From the NCBI GenBank assembly GCA_951406725.2, contig OX597832.1, positions 12,648,001 through 12,712,000 on the forward strand: a DNA stretch of 64,000 nt, read 5' to 3'. The stretch comes from Octopus vulgaris (taxonomy: Eukaryota). Shown here piece after piece: positions 13,165 through 26,198 of the stretch (the stretch's first letter is position 1; every line of letters begins with the position of its first letter). The notes beneath the pieces are model-generated. The model searched no databases. It saw only the letters and a program-made list of their open reading frames with translations, and was not told where the DNA came from. The translations under genes and the position numbers were made by a program.

Positions 13165-13805
13165 AATTTTCTACTCTAGGCAAAAAGCCCAACATTTTTA
13201 GGGTGAGAGTCAGTCGTTTAGATCCACCCCACTACACAACTGGCACTTAATTTACCATCCCCGAATGGATGAAAAACGAAGTCGGCCACGGCTGAATTTG
13301 AACTCAGAACATACAGACAGACGAAATACCTATTTCTTTACTACCCTCAAGAAGCTAAATACTGAGGGGACAAACAAGGACAAACAGACAGATTAAGTCG
13401 ATTATATCGACCCCAGTGCGGAAGTGGTACTTTTTTAATCGGCGGCGAGCTGGCAGAAACGTTAACACGCTGGACGAAATGCGTAGCCGAATTTCGTTTG
13501 CCGTTACGTTCTGAGTTCAAATTCCGCTGAGGTCGACTTTGCCTTTCATCCTTTCGGGGTCGATAAATTAAGTACCAGTTACGCACTGGGGTCGATGTAA
13601 TCGACTTAATCCGTTTGTCTGTCCTTGTTTGTCCCTTCTATGTCTAGCCCATTGTGGGTAGTAAAGAAATCGGTACTTTTTTAATCGAACCCGAAAGGAT
13701 GAAAGGCAAAGTCGACCTCGGTGAAATTTGAACTCAGAACGTAGCGGCAGACGAAATACGGCTACGCATTTCACCCGGCGTGCTAACGTTTCTGCCAGCT
13801 CACCG
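13165..13805 (-). mobile_element. SINE family A dimer (minus strand) interrupted by a nested copy
   Basis: Head at 13805-13672, continuation at 13441-13333, second unit 13332-13165; all match the reverse complement of 25003-25231 apart from the alternative tail. Confidence 0.9.
13441..13671 (+). mobile_element. Full-length SINE family A nested in an antiparallel copy, 16-bp TSD
   Basis: GGCGGCGAGCTGGCAGAAACG...GAGTTCAAATTCC...gtaaagaaat, flanked by ggtacttttttaatcg at 13426-13441 and 13672-13687. Confidence 0.93.
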
Positions 13806-14084
13806 TCTATTTATCTAAAAATTATTAGCTATGCATTTTTGCAAGTGCAATACTACCTCACGGTGAACGTGTCAAGGCACGTGTCCTATTTATGTGTGTT
13901 TAGCTCAGAAAGACAGCGTCATGGAATCGATTCCTGAACCTGAAAGATGTTGTATCCATGACGACGGCATTACTTTGCACGCTGCCCTATTTTACTGCAC
14001 TGTAAATGAGGAGCGGACACACTGAACGCCAATCATCCCCGGCCTCCATGTCTTCTTCCGTCACAGGGTGAGAGATTCGAAGGA

Positions 14085-14231
14085 TATCTACGTCAGCTCA
14101 TGACTACATAGGTATCGAAGTCATACTATATTTTACCGACCCATACTCATTTGCTAGTGACGGCTAACTTTTAATGTTGCTTAAAAATGAAATCACTCAC
14201 ACTGAATTCGAGAATCGGCCTTATTCTGCGG
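14085..14231 (+). repeat. ~140-bp dispersed repeat, copy 2
   Basis: Diverged direct copy of 9476-9617. Confidence 0.85.
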
Positions 14232-15100
14232 AACTAGCTCAATGTGGAATGCGGAGGAACATGATTGAATGGAATATATACGGTACTCGCCTGGCTATTT
14301 CTGAATGCCAAGTGTGGAACGCATCTGCTTTCAACTACTAGAAATAGAATAGAACTGACCGAGTTCTGACAACTGATTTGAAGTACACAAATGTTGAATT
14401 TTGAATAGTAGAATATTGTGTGGCTGTGGAAAGGTGTGGAGAGGCTAACGTTGGGCTTAGTTCTGAGGAAGCTATCAACGGTGTGTTGAATATTTGTGAG
14501 GAGATCAGAGATGTGTGTAGGGGGCGAAACAATTTGATGTAGGAAGGTGATTTGTACAAAATAATCATCCTTGGGAAACGACAACAGTGAATGGCAGATG
14601 TTTTTACAGCTTAGAAATGTTCCGGAAATTAACGTTACGATCAGTAATGCATTTGAGAATGCTATTTTTCAAACGAGAACAGATAAGGACTAAGCGTTGT
14701 CAGTAGTTCATGGAGTTCGAAGTGCAGTAGAGAGATACGCAGAATGACCTTCACCAGAGTAATTGAAAAAGAAGATAAAATAGAAGGTTGTATTATATCT
14801 ACCTATACACGACCACCAAACTAAAGTAAGAATTGGTGAGGACTGTACGATAAGGGATTAGTTGTTTTGAGATGAATATGTGAGGTTAACGTATAAGTAG
14901 TACACAATATTTCCCGTTAAATTTGGATAGCAATGAACATGTAACAGAAAAGGTGTGACCCATTTTCAAACTGCTTTCGATTATGGCATCTTGAAGAGTG
15001 TAGTTGGTGTTTTTCAACATTCTCCACTCAATGTAATAAGTATTCGTGACAATTTAATCGTCTAAACACTGTCGCAAACTTAGTACTTCTGCTAGAAATC
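14232..15100 (-). mobile_element. Decayed LINE reverse transcriptase region (L1/Tx1-like)
   Basis: Minus strand gatgccataatcgaaagcagtttgaaaatgggtcacac resembles a frameshifted DxxKAFDxVxH; ORF 14234-14584 segment FLHQIVSPPTHISDLLTNIQHTVDSFLRTKPNVS resembles the post-RT region of L1/Tx1 ORF2. Confidence 0.5.
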
Positions 15101-15194
15101 AATATTCATAAAAAATACATTGGTGTTCGAAGATATGAGCACAATATAATAAAATCATGAACAGCATTAGATATTTTATGTTCTCTAAAAGCAA

Positions 15195-15205
15195 GATAGA
15201 TAGAT

Positions 15206-15250
<45 letters not shown>

Positions 15251-15341
15251 GATACATAGATAGTTACAAAGGTGCATAGGTAGATAGGTAGGTAAGTAGT
15301 TAGGTAGGTAGATAGATAGATAGACAGATAAATAGATAGAT

Positions 15342-15386
<45 letters not shown>

Positions 15387-15453
15387 GATACAAAGATAGT
15401 TACAAAGATGCATAGATAGATAGGTATATAGACAGATAAATAGTTATATATAT

Positions 15454-15524
<71 letters not shown>

Positions 15525-15570
15525 GAGACAGAGAGAGAGAGAGACGGAAAGAGAAACAGACAGACAGCAG
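15195..15570. repeat. Compound TA/GATA/CA/GA microsatellite with ~135-bp internal duplication
   Basis: tacatagatac(a/t)agatagttacaaag(g/a)tgcatag occurs at ~15245 and ~15381. Confidence 0.85.
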
Positions 15571-16027
15571 AAAGGTAAGACGATGAAATATAAAATTCTA
15601 AAAAAATATATTTAGAAAACAATGTGTATATGAGTGTATATGTTTGTGTGTGTGTATGCGTATGTGTGTGTGTGTAAAGCCAGATGTGTGGGGGAAAACA
15701 GTGATTGCGAGTTGAAAAATGTTATATAGAACGAGAAAACTATACTGTAAGGAGCATGGAGAGAAACGAAGCGTGTATCGAGAATTTATGGACCATAATT
15801 AAACGACATAAATTCACAGAGTTAATTTTTTTAGTTTAAGGATTTAAACATATCTAGGAACAAGCCATAAAAGCTCAAATTCTCCACGTCTTGAAATCTA
15901 GTATTTTAACGTATGTATGGATTGGTTTACTAACTGGTTTTTCAATCATTCTCAGTTTTATAATGTTAACCATGTCATGTAACGGTTAATGCAAATAACT
16001 TCTTCATCTCCAGCGATGATAATGACG

Positions 16028-16280
<253 letters not shown>

Positions 16281-17479
16281 GACTTACTGATGCACATATA
16301 TATACGTACACACATACATATATATGTACATATATGTAGGTGTATGTATACATCCATACGTATGTATCGGTTCGCATTTATGTACCCATATACTCGAACC
16401 CACAAATATAGATATATGTGTGTATGTAGATATATGTGTGTATGTATGCCAGCATGTATGTTTATACATGTATTTATATCCATATAAACACACGCGCACA
16501 CTGCTCACATCTGTTAGACATTAATGTTAGACACGGTGAATTATGACTCAGTGAAGTTTGGCAAAGACAGTTATTGTATCACCTTACTTAGTTCTAGATT
16601 GCTTCAACGCCAGGTTCTTTGCCTCTCATTTCTTATTTACAATCTCTAAGACAAGTTATAAAACCGCTGTTGCTGAGAAATATAGGTTACATTTATGTTT
16701 CTCGTTAGATGTATTTCTTTATGCTACTGTGGAGGCGTCTGGAACGATATAAAGTTATAATTGCATCTACATATATATATTCAATCATTTAATATACAAC
16801 TAGAAAAAGGTATACGTTTGTTCTTTGACAGTAAATGTGTTTTACATGGAAGGTTTTTATCTGAGAAGTTAAAATAACTACAAAAAAAAGAGAAAAAAAT
16901 TAAATACAATCCGTGGAAACTCGTGATGGCTCACAAATAAATGAAGAAAGAAAAAAGTTATATAATTCCTCAGTTCTTGAGAAGAATGCTGTTTCGACAT
17001 TCTTCGTACAACCCTACTTCGATTAAATTAGATTTTAGTAGATACTGTTTATATTTTTTTAATGCTTTTGTCTGCAAGATGGCGTTATACTCATAGCTTA
17101 GTATGCTCTCTGTTGCAAGTGAGATCGATGCATTTGTTCCTGCTCGAGACTAACTTGAAATCTCTAACGTCAGTCGTATTGACATTTGAAGACCCGTTTA
17201 CACAGCAAATGTTTACCGTTTTTAAATAGTATTATATTTCCTGAAACACAAATATTTTAATATCATTCAGTGTAGTAAACGCTGACACTACAGTCCAAAA
17301 AGGAAGAAAAAAACTGAAAAAGAAACATACATGGATGCTACTGGGCTACCCTTTTCAAATTTACTCTAGTTTTATAGCTAATAGGGAAAACTGGTGTTGT
17401 TAAATACGGACAGTCAGCCAGAATGCATCTAGAAAAATAAGTGATGCAAAGGATTGTATGAAACTTGGAGGATTTTTAC

Positions 17480-17480
17480 C

Positions 17481-17556
<76 letters not shown>

Positions 17557-17574
17557 GCTAGCTAGCTATCTATA

Positions 17575-17670
<96 letters not shown>

Positions 17671-17715
17671 CATCTATCCATCCATCCATCCATCCATCCA
17701 TCCATCCATCCATCC

Positions 17716-17753
<38 letters not shown>

Positions 17754-17788
17754 ATATCTGCCTGTCTGTCTGTCTGTCTGTATGTCTG

Positions 17789-17824
<36 letters not shown>

Positions 17825-17834
17825 CCTATCTATC

Positions 17835-17871
<37 letters not shown>

Positions 17872-17892
17872 GGGGGAGAAAGAGAGAGAGAG
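17480..17892. repeat. Compound (TATC)/(TGTC)/(CATC)/(TA)/(GA) microsatellite
   Basis: Direct. Confidence 0.95.
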
Positions 17893-17894
17893 CA

Positions 17895-18340
17895 AGCGTT
17901 CTACTCATTTGTAGTGGTGCTCCTTGTAACTGAGTAACCAAATGTAAGAATGAGTCCCCATGCTTATTCCTATATCTTTGTGTAGTTATTGGTAATTTGG
18001 CACTTTTCTCTGTTTCTTTTGTCCTATTTTCAAGTAAACCATCCATGAATCTCTACTGTCTCGAAATACCTGTTCTGTATATTCTCCATTTCACCTTGCT
18101 TGATTTCTCATGTTTTCATATTCATACAGATATCCTTATAGCATAGCATGGTGGCAGCAAAACGGTCCCTTAAAGGATTTCATGTCTCCATAGAGGATAC
18201 ACTTTGCATTGCGGTTGCTATGTGGCAGACATGGCCTATACAGAATATTCAACTGGGGAGTTTCAACCTAGTTAACAACGGCTGCGTTAGGGAATGTCTC
18301 ACCATGATTTTTTCAGTGTTCAGTGTATACTTACTCATAG
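17895..18340 (-). mobile_element. Decayed RTE-clade LINE 3' end
   Basis: Minus-strand pieces IGHVCH / RNAKCILYGDMK / MLCYKDICMNMK follow the RTE pattern GHVxRM...PKxILYGEL...LRYKDxxKxxMK; it ends at a microsatellite. Confidence 0.65.
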
Positions 18341-19137
18341 GTCACCTAGAAGGTGAACTTAACAAACAATTTTCTTATCTATATTTAACCTGAAATTAGA
18401 ATATATTAAATTATGATACGTAATTCATATACTTATATTACTCTCTTTTACTTCCAACTTCTACGCATTACTGGTGTCTAAACTGTTCTCTCCCTGTCAG
18501 CAACTGAATTTGAATAAAGAATTTCAAGTATTCTAATCCACGTATTTATTTAGCATTTGTAAATTCTCCGGGAAATATTATACAATAAAATAATATATTA
18601 CATAGGCGCAAAGCCAGAAACTCGGATATCTACACTTCAATGGAATATATTTAATCCAGGCTTGAAAGATTAAGCCTAATCCGGCATGTTTTGAGATGGG
18701 AATGTAAATAGCCGAGGAAAAACATAACACAAGGCATTTTGCTCTTAAATTCATATAAATTATGGAAACTGGGAATTATCAACTCGTTTCTAATATCGAG
18801 TGTTTGCTGTTATTGTTTAGATATTAGGGGAAACATGTTAAGTTAAATTATTCTAACAATGATCATCACTACGAATTTTCGAGCACTCTTTTTATTTAAA
18901 TATAATGGCGTGAGAATTAGATGATTTTTCTAGCTGATCAAGTGACCGCTTATAAAATATGTTTCATTTATATGTGTTAGAGTTCCATGTTGTCTGATCA
19001 CTTACCAGACCGATGACATGAAACTGGTGATGTCTGAGAGCGTATCCAACGATCCTGTTTCCAATCCTCGCTTCAGTATATATATATATATATATATATA
19101 TATACTCACACACATACACACACACACATATATGTAT

Positions 19138-19219
<82 letters not shown>

Positions 19220-20609
19220 CATTTATATATATAAAAGTGTGTGCGTGTTTGTGTGTGTGTTTGTGCTTGTGCAAGTGTATGTGTTGTTTTCTGTTAGCCT
19301 GATACGGTCAGATATAAAAGACTTCGCTGGATTTACATATTCTTAATCATACATATTTCTCTTCGAAATATTTCAAAATACTTTTTAAAAAAAATTATTT
19401 ATTTCTGTATACATTTAACGAATATATGAAAACGAAAAACGAATACGCTAAGTTATGGGAGAAAAAGTCATTTTAAAGACGTAAAGCAAAGAGAAAAATC
19501 GATATTTCAACATTAAGATATTGATCATATATAGTAGCTATTAAATTGATTAGATCATTTTTATAGATCAAAGTAGACGCATAAATTGATCAATTTCTAT
19601 TGATTACACTAAATTTAAATCTAGAAATAAATTATCACTTTGTAAAATGAAAAATTTTGATCGTTTCTGTTTATATTGATATTATTTAGAATGACACAAA
19701 GGTACCATTCTATCATTTGCTTTTTTTCATTTCTCTTCTCTCTAGCCACTATTTTCAATTATACTTATGCGTCGAATATTTGCGTCCAAATAAAGATTTA
19801 GATTTGAATAATTTATTGCTCCACTACACGAAAGCCATGTACCATTTGCACTAGAATTTGTCTTTCAGCTTTTCATAAAATCTTCTAATCTTATTTCAGA
19901 TCACATTAAGAAGTGCATTACCCGAGGGCCTCAATAGAAATCTTCAAGTAGAAGATATTTAAGTGTGTTTGATAATGCCCCGTTCGTTATTATATTTAGT
20001 TATACTACAAATATAACGAAGACGTAATTATCATAAACTGTCGTTGATTTATCGTGTTTCGAGAGTACATATATAAATAGCTACTATGTTTATTTAAAGT
20101 AACGTAAAGTAATTATTCTTCATACATTATTCATGTTAGTAATCGGCAGTTCAATATCCTGAAAGAGACAAACTTTGGTTTGATGGTGAAACGAGATATG
20201 AAATTAGTTTTACAGTGCACGTGATTTGGTTCTTCTGTAGGAATCAGTGTAGGATTTGAGTATTGATTACAATTAGTTCTTGAAGTAGAAAAAAATTATC
20301 CGATAAGATAAAAGTTCCGTTTATGCCCCTTGTGTCATTAAAAAATATATTAGCCATTCCAATCAGGAGAAAAGTACCAGCAATGTAGGACAGTAATATA
20401 CTTATCATTATTAATTAAAAGATTGAGGCATAAAACCATGTGACTAATCAGGAGATTCTGAAAATTAACGGCTTACAACCCAAATGTAAAATTGTAACGC
20501 CGTTGTGTTGGCTCCCTATGAATTTGGAAACAAGCCGAAATAGGTATTTGCTATATACATTTAATATATCTTCTATGTTTTTAGCATTAGATATTGCAAA
20601 AGGAATATA

Positions 20610-20697
20610 TATTCTGTCGTGTCTGGGGAGAGTAATTTTCTTTTTGTGCCTTATAAGACACTAAAAGAGAATGACTCTCCCCAGACACAACAGAATA
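20610..20697. repeat. 88-bp imperfect palindrome (tiny MITE-like)
   Basis: tattctgtcgtgtctggggagagt...cttataag...actctccccagacacaacagaata; 44-bp arms, 5 mismatches, no spacer, TA at both ends. Confidence 0.9.
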
Positions 20698-20969
20698 AGC
20701 TTCAACACAGGAACTCCTATAAAGAATCTTGCAAACCGAATCTAAAAACGAAAGGAATATATAGTAAATGGTTTATACAATAGCGTGTCGTCTGTAAGCG
20801 CTGAATTTAAACATACATATGTACATATATGTCTATATATCTATCTTTATATAAATACGTGTGTGTGTGTATTATATGTATATATATATATATTGCATGT
20901 GTATCTATATGTTTATATGTATCTATGCACGTAAAAAGTCCCCTTTGAATGGAAACAAAAGGTTTACTG

Positions 20970-21201
20970 CAGTGATTCTCAACCGCGGCCCCTATGAGGC
21001 TCAAGGGTCAATATAATATATTGTTAAAATCTATCTATAATAAATTTGTTATATTTTACGAATTTTTTTTATACAATTCTTAATAATATTCACTTATAAA
21101 ACCATAATAGGACTATTTAAGCATAGAATGGCTTGGAAGATCCACTCGCGAAGAATAGAAATCAATGGAGTCCATAAGTAAAAAATACTTGAGTAACGTT
21201 G
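20970..21201. mobile_element. Old hAT-like (Charlie-type) MITE
   Basis: Left end CAGTGATTCTCAACC; degenerate right end TTGAGTAACGTTG followed by ATCTAGAG (NTCTAGAN-type target); left TSD not preserved. Confidence 0.45.
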
Positions 21202-21409
21202 ATCTAGAGTCTACTGTTTGTCAATCTGAAGTAAATAGGGAAAGTAATTTGAAGATGGGAAGAGTATACTACAGAAATAAATATAGATTCTGAGAAAAGC
21301 AGGTTAATTTTTGTCGCGAACAAAGAAGGAATATTAACATTTGTTTTGGATTCCACCCAAGGGTACATACATACATGTAAACATATATACATGTATACAT
21401 TCATGCAAA

Positions 21410-21518
21410 CAAAAATACCCTGTCGTTGATGTTGAAATTCAAGTGAAGGTGCCTTGGATCTAGGTAAGAAAAAGGTTCTTTCTCTATTGGCAAGAAATCT
21501 TGATATAAATTGAATAAT
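21410..21518 (-). mobile_element. Second copy of the retroposon 3' end seen at 7672-7776
   Basis: Reverse-complement similarity over ~100 bp. Confidence 0.6.
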
Positions 21519-21767
21519 GATATAGATAGATAAACACATATATACATACACAGATACACACACGCCTGCAGGCGCTCGCGCGCAAACATGTTTCAAAAGT
21601 GTTGGTGAGGGAGAACTCTACATATTCTCTCAAAGTTTTGCTTCATGAGTGACACGGTTTGGCTGTCTGTATCTGAGTATATTGCAGTCAACATTGACTA
21701 AGATACTGCAAAACTGAAATAAGTCTGTACTCTGAATTTTGTTATACAATGATGGTTAACATTGTTT

Positions 21768-21980
21768 TTCCTTTCTACTAAAGGCACAGATCCCGAAATT
21801 TGCGGGGAAGGAAAATCGATAATCTTGCCTCAGCGCTGATATTGTAAATATTTTATCGACCCTGAATGGCTAAAAGGCAAAGTAGACCTCGGCAGAAATG
21901 AAACATAGAACCCAATGTAGGATGAAATGCCGCTAAGTATTTTGCCTAGGGCTACTGAAAATTCTGTCAGCTCCCTGCTT
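21768..21980 (-). mobile_element. Older SINE family A copy
   Basis: ttttatcgaccctgaatggctaaaaggcaaagtagacctcggcagaaatgaa matches the reverse complement of the family A body. Confidence 0.75.
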
Positions 21981-22007
21981 TAGAAAAATATAACTCTTAT
22001 AATAATA

Positions 22008-22165
22008 ATAATGGTTTCAAATTTTGGCACATGGTCAGCAATTTCGGAAAAAGGATTAAGTCAATTAAACCGACTCCAGTGTCTGAATGGTACTTAATTG
22101 ATCGACCAAGAAAGAATAAAAAGCAAAGTCGACATCGCTGCGATGCCGCTGAGCATTTTGCCTTA
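22008..22165 (-). mobile_element. Older partial SINE family A copy with alternative tail
   Basis: tggtacttaattgatcgacc...aaaagcaaagtcgac; tail ggtttcaaattttggcac resembles 2060-2090 inverted. Confidence 0.65.
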
Positions 22166-22309
22166 ATAAGAATGATGATGATGATAATGATGATGATGGG
22201 AATAGTGCTGGTGGTGGTGATGGTGGGGGCAGTGGTGGTGGTGGCGGTGTTGATGATGATGATAATGCTAATAACATTAAATGAATAACACATTAAAATA
22301 ATTCTTACA

Positions 22310-22615
22310 GTCTAAAAATTACACTGCTTAATTACACCTGTTTTTGTGGAAAAGATTTTACCAAGAAAATTGTGTTGTTGCGTCTTCTGAGTCCATTTCA
22401 AGATGGCTGTTTTCCAGATGTGAATGACAAGATTCACGTATGTTTTGGATGAATTGCTTCTTGGTGTATTTGGGTTTTCCTCTTCAGAAGAATACAATGG
22501 AACTGCAGTTTCTCTGATACTCAGTGACATGATTTCAGCTTTTTTAATTGCCAGATTCTCGTGTAGCACAAATGAATAGGAACTGAAATTCGGTTTTCAA
22601 AATTCTCCTCCTCTC
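22310..22615 (-). mobile_element. Decayed LINE fragment, start of RT region (RTE-like)
   Basis: LVIHIWKT...(frameshift)SEDATT...KTGVIKQCNF resembles LxxxIWxxxxxPxDFxDAxI...KKGxxxxCxNYR. Confidence 0.4.
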
Positions 22616-23120
22616 CGTCCCATTTATGTCTTCTCTAAGCCTGTATTACGTGTATACTCACACACTTACACACATAAACACATACACACAGGCGCGCGTG
22701 CACACTCACACGCAAACACATATATATGTATATGCATAGACACATAAGACACAAACAAACACGTATATATATACGTGTGTTCATGCGGATACACTTCCTA
22801 TTTTTATGGCTAAAATGGAAGCTCCAATTTAAGGAAATATGGAAAGCTAGGCTTTTACTACATGTTAATTTTAGTACATATTAGTGACTAATTAGGTTCA
22901 TTTTACTCCTCTGAAGTAAAGAGATTTAATAAACCTAATTATCTCAGACCATATTTATTATGTATAAATATATATATATTTTAAATTTGAAAACATATTT
23001 TAATGTAAGGTGTAAAAAATAAAATTACACACACATGCATATATATATATGCATGCACATAAAATTGTATATATATATATATATATGTTTGTATATGTAT
23101 GTGTGTGTGTGCATGCATGC

Positions 23121-23155
<35 letters not shown>

Positions 23156-24229
23156 CATATATACACCTACATACACATACATATATACACCTATATACAT
23201 ATACATATATGCATGCACACACATACTTTGCTTTACATTTATTATTTATCTTTGTGTGGGAGGGTGTAGATAAGAGTGTATGTGTGAAAAATAAATTACA
23301 TCACATTATGTTGAAGAAAGTGAAAACTAAATGATATTATTAGTGATGAATGAGTAATGATACAGGAAAATCTTTTCGAAATTATACAGTTAAAATTATG
23401 GACAATTTAATAAAGTCTCTGAATGATGAGATGAAAGCTGTGGCATTTAAAGATAATTCTATTGAAAAGAAGCTTTAGAAAAAAATCATAACATATTTAA
23501 TCAATACGTTGGCATTGATGGGCAACAGTCTCGTAAAGAGAGCAATTTAAAATCACGTAGCTTGAAAATTTTTGAATTTTAAGTTAACCAATGGTATTCA
23601 AGATAAATATACTCGTTGCTGTCGGAGTGGAATCTATTGCGTTAGAAATTCATACAATTATTTCTAAAGTAATAATTATTTATGCAATTATTGATATTAT
23701 TTTAAGGATAAAGAGACTAATGCGACACAGCCCCCCCCCACATATATGCACAAAAACACGCGCGTACACACACATGTGTGCAAGTACGCATGCCTGTATT
23801 TGTGTATGCATGTGTGTACGTATGTGTAATTCGTATTTATTCCCTTTCTCTTTAAAGTGGAACATTGACTAGCGGGCCAGCCGTTAGGTTAGTGTTCATT
23901 ATTCGGTTTGCCCTGATATCCGAATTGCCCTGATAGGTAACAACCAGCATTCTCTCAAATTCTTCACTACCGATCGAACTAAAGCAATACAGTTCTAGAT
24001 GTAATCCTAAATAGAACAGCTGGATAGCTAGTTCTCATATTACTATTAAATCAGACCTCATCTGGAAATCAAACATCAAAACGTTGTCTACAAATCAATG
24101 ATGGAACGTCTAGACTGCTCCTCGGCGTGCTAGAATTAGCAATCAACTCTTTCACAACTACCATCCTACACTCCTAATTTGGGAACGTATTGAGTAATGT
24201 GTTCCTTGGAGTAGTGACAGACTAATGAC

Positions 24230-24800
24230 GCTATATCACATATGTTAGGCTTTTTGCTTTAGGTGTTTCTTTTTTCTCTTGTGGTATTCGTACATCAAGA
24301 TCAAGTGTTTTTTTATCTTCTTCAATTGGGCATATTCTATTACAAAAAATTGTCCAACACCTCGTCCGCTGTATGGTAGACCCTAGAATACTTACATATT
24401 TCATATTCCCATCAATCATTTGAATCGAATCTGGAGGATTCTGCAAAAATGCCCCCCCATTCTTTGCAAAGAGCCATGCTACCTTATAAGACAACTGTAT
24501 TCCTCATTGGAGGTTAGTTGCTAGAAAAGCATATTCTTGATTAGGGCCACAATGTTGCAGTCTTTCGCATTATTACTTTGTTTCTTTACCACAACTATGT
24601 AGTCTGTTCTTATTAGTGTAGGCTGATATCTAATACCATGTCTTCTTAGGTTCAAGGACTGATTTGTATACTCTCATCTGACAGCTCACTCTCCTAGGTC
24701 ACTATGTAGCCACAATTCTTGATTCATCACTTTTAAGCATTTCCAACCACTCAAATTCTTTTTCAGCTCCTGTCAAGAAAATGGGCCAGCTTTTTCTTTC
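24230..24800 (-). mobile_element. Decayed LINE C-terminus with restriction-like endonuclease (R4/Dong/NeSL-type)
   Basis: TIQRTRCWTIFCNRICPIEEDKKTLDLDVRIPQEKKETPKAKSLTY resembles IQTDR...NRPDIV..DK..K...IDVxIP...KExEKxxKY; upstream WLEMLKSDESRIVAT resembles WL...LKxETExxIxAAQ. Confidence 0.55.
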
Positions 24801-25002
24801 TAAGTAAACTATCAAAAATAAATATATAGTAATCTATTAAAACTAAATAGACTATTAAAAATAAATATATTGGAGAAACGAATTGCATGCACGGTAGTAT
24901 TGCCTAAGTCCTGTTGGTTTCATAAACACGCACACGCACACACACTCATACAAACATATATATACCTTAACATATATATACAAACATATATATACCTTTA
25001 AG

Positions 25003-25231
25003 GGCGGCGAGCTGGCAGAAACGTTAGCGCGCCGGGCGAAATGCTTAGCGGTATTTCGTCTATCGCTACGTCCTGAGTTCAAATTCCGCCGAGGTCGACT
25101 TTGCCTTTCATCCTTTCGGGGTCGATAAATAAAGTACCAGTCCCGCACTGGGGTCGATGTAATCGACTTAATCCCTTTGTCTGTCCTTGTTTGTCCCCTC
25201 TATGTTTAGCCCCTTGTGGGCAGTAAAGAAA
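25003..25231 (+). mobile_element. Full-length young SINE family A
   Basis: A-box-like TGGCAGAAACG, B-box-like GAGTTCAAATTCC, CpGs intact; atatatatacctt on both flanks as a probable TSD. Confidence 0.93.
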
Positions 25232-26097
25232 TATATATATACCTTATGAAGCATTCTTGAAATGAGGTGAATTGCAGATAGGAGCCTGATTTACTATGGA
25301 TATCAGTCAAATAGCCTTTGTTTACCTCTTTACTGTCTTGCAAAAAAAAAAATAATAAACGCGGGTCAATGTAAAATTTTAACATTCACTATACTTAAGA
25401 ATATAAGTAATAGAACGGGATACAGAGTGAGCTTACTTTTATGATAGATATACTCTATCATGGCTTAGCTGAAGACAAAAGCAAGATCTCTTGTAGCAGT
25501 TGAAATATTGGAAATGTTAATTGCGAATAGTGTGTTGATGTTTTCCTTGTTTTAGCTATACCATTATTGAATTTAAATAATTAGTAAATAAAATTAAGGA
25601 ATAACAAATTATCGATTTATTTTTGACTAGTCTGTCTCCAAGTCAAACACAGTCAGAGATAATTAAATAGTTAGCAGCTGCAGAGCAACTTATGAAGTTC
25701 TATCCACGAAATTACATGATATGATTTCAATTTGCAGCTGGAACGATTTCCCATGATCTAGGAAAGAAGTCTTCCTCAAAATATGACATATTTCCACTGC
25801 ATATACTAAAAATGCTTTAAGAAAAAATATGATATGCACCATGGGACCTAGAGCAAGAACAAAACTACGTATATTCTAATATACATATATATATAAGCCT
25901 CTGTGTATTCTGTTCATTGCTGTAAGAGTTGAGTTACTGGGCTTAGACACAAACGTCGCATGCATTGTTATTTTATCCAATATATTTCTTTTTAATAGTT
26001 TACTTAAACCGACCAAATACACATACATACACACATGTACACACAAACATATATGTAACAGTATGCTTTAGTCTGTATATCTGACTGTCTGTCTGCC

Positions 26098-26198
<101 letters not shown>

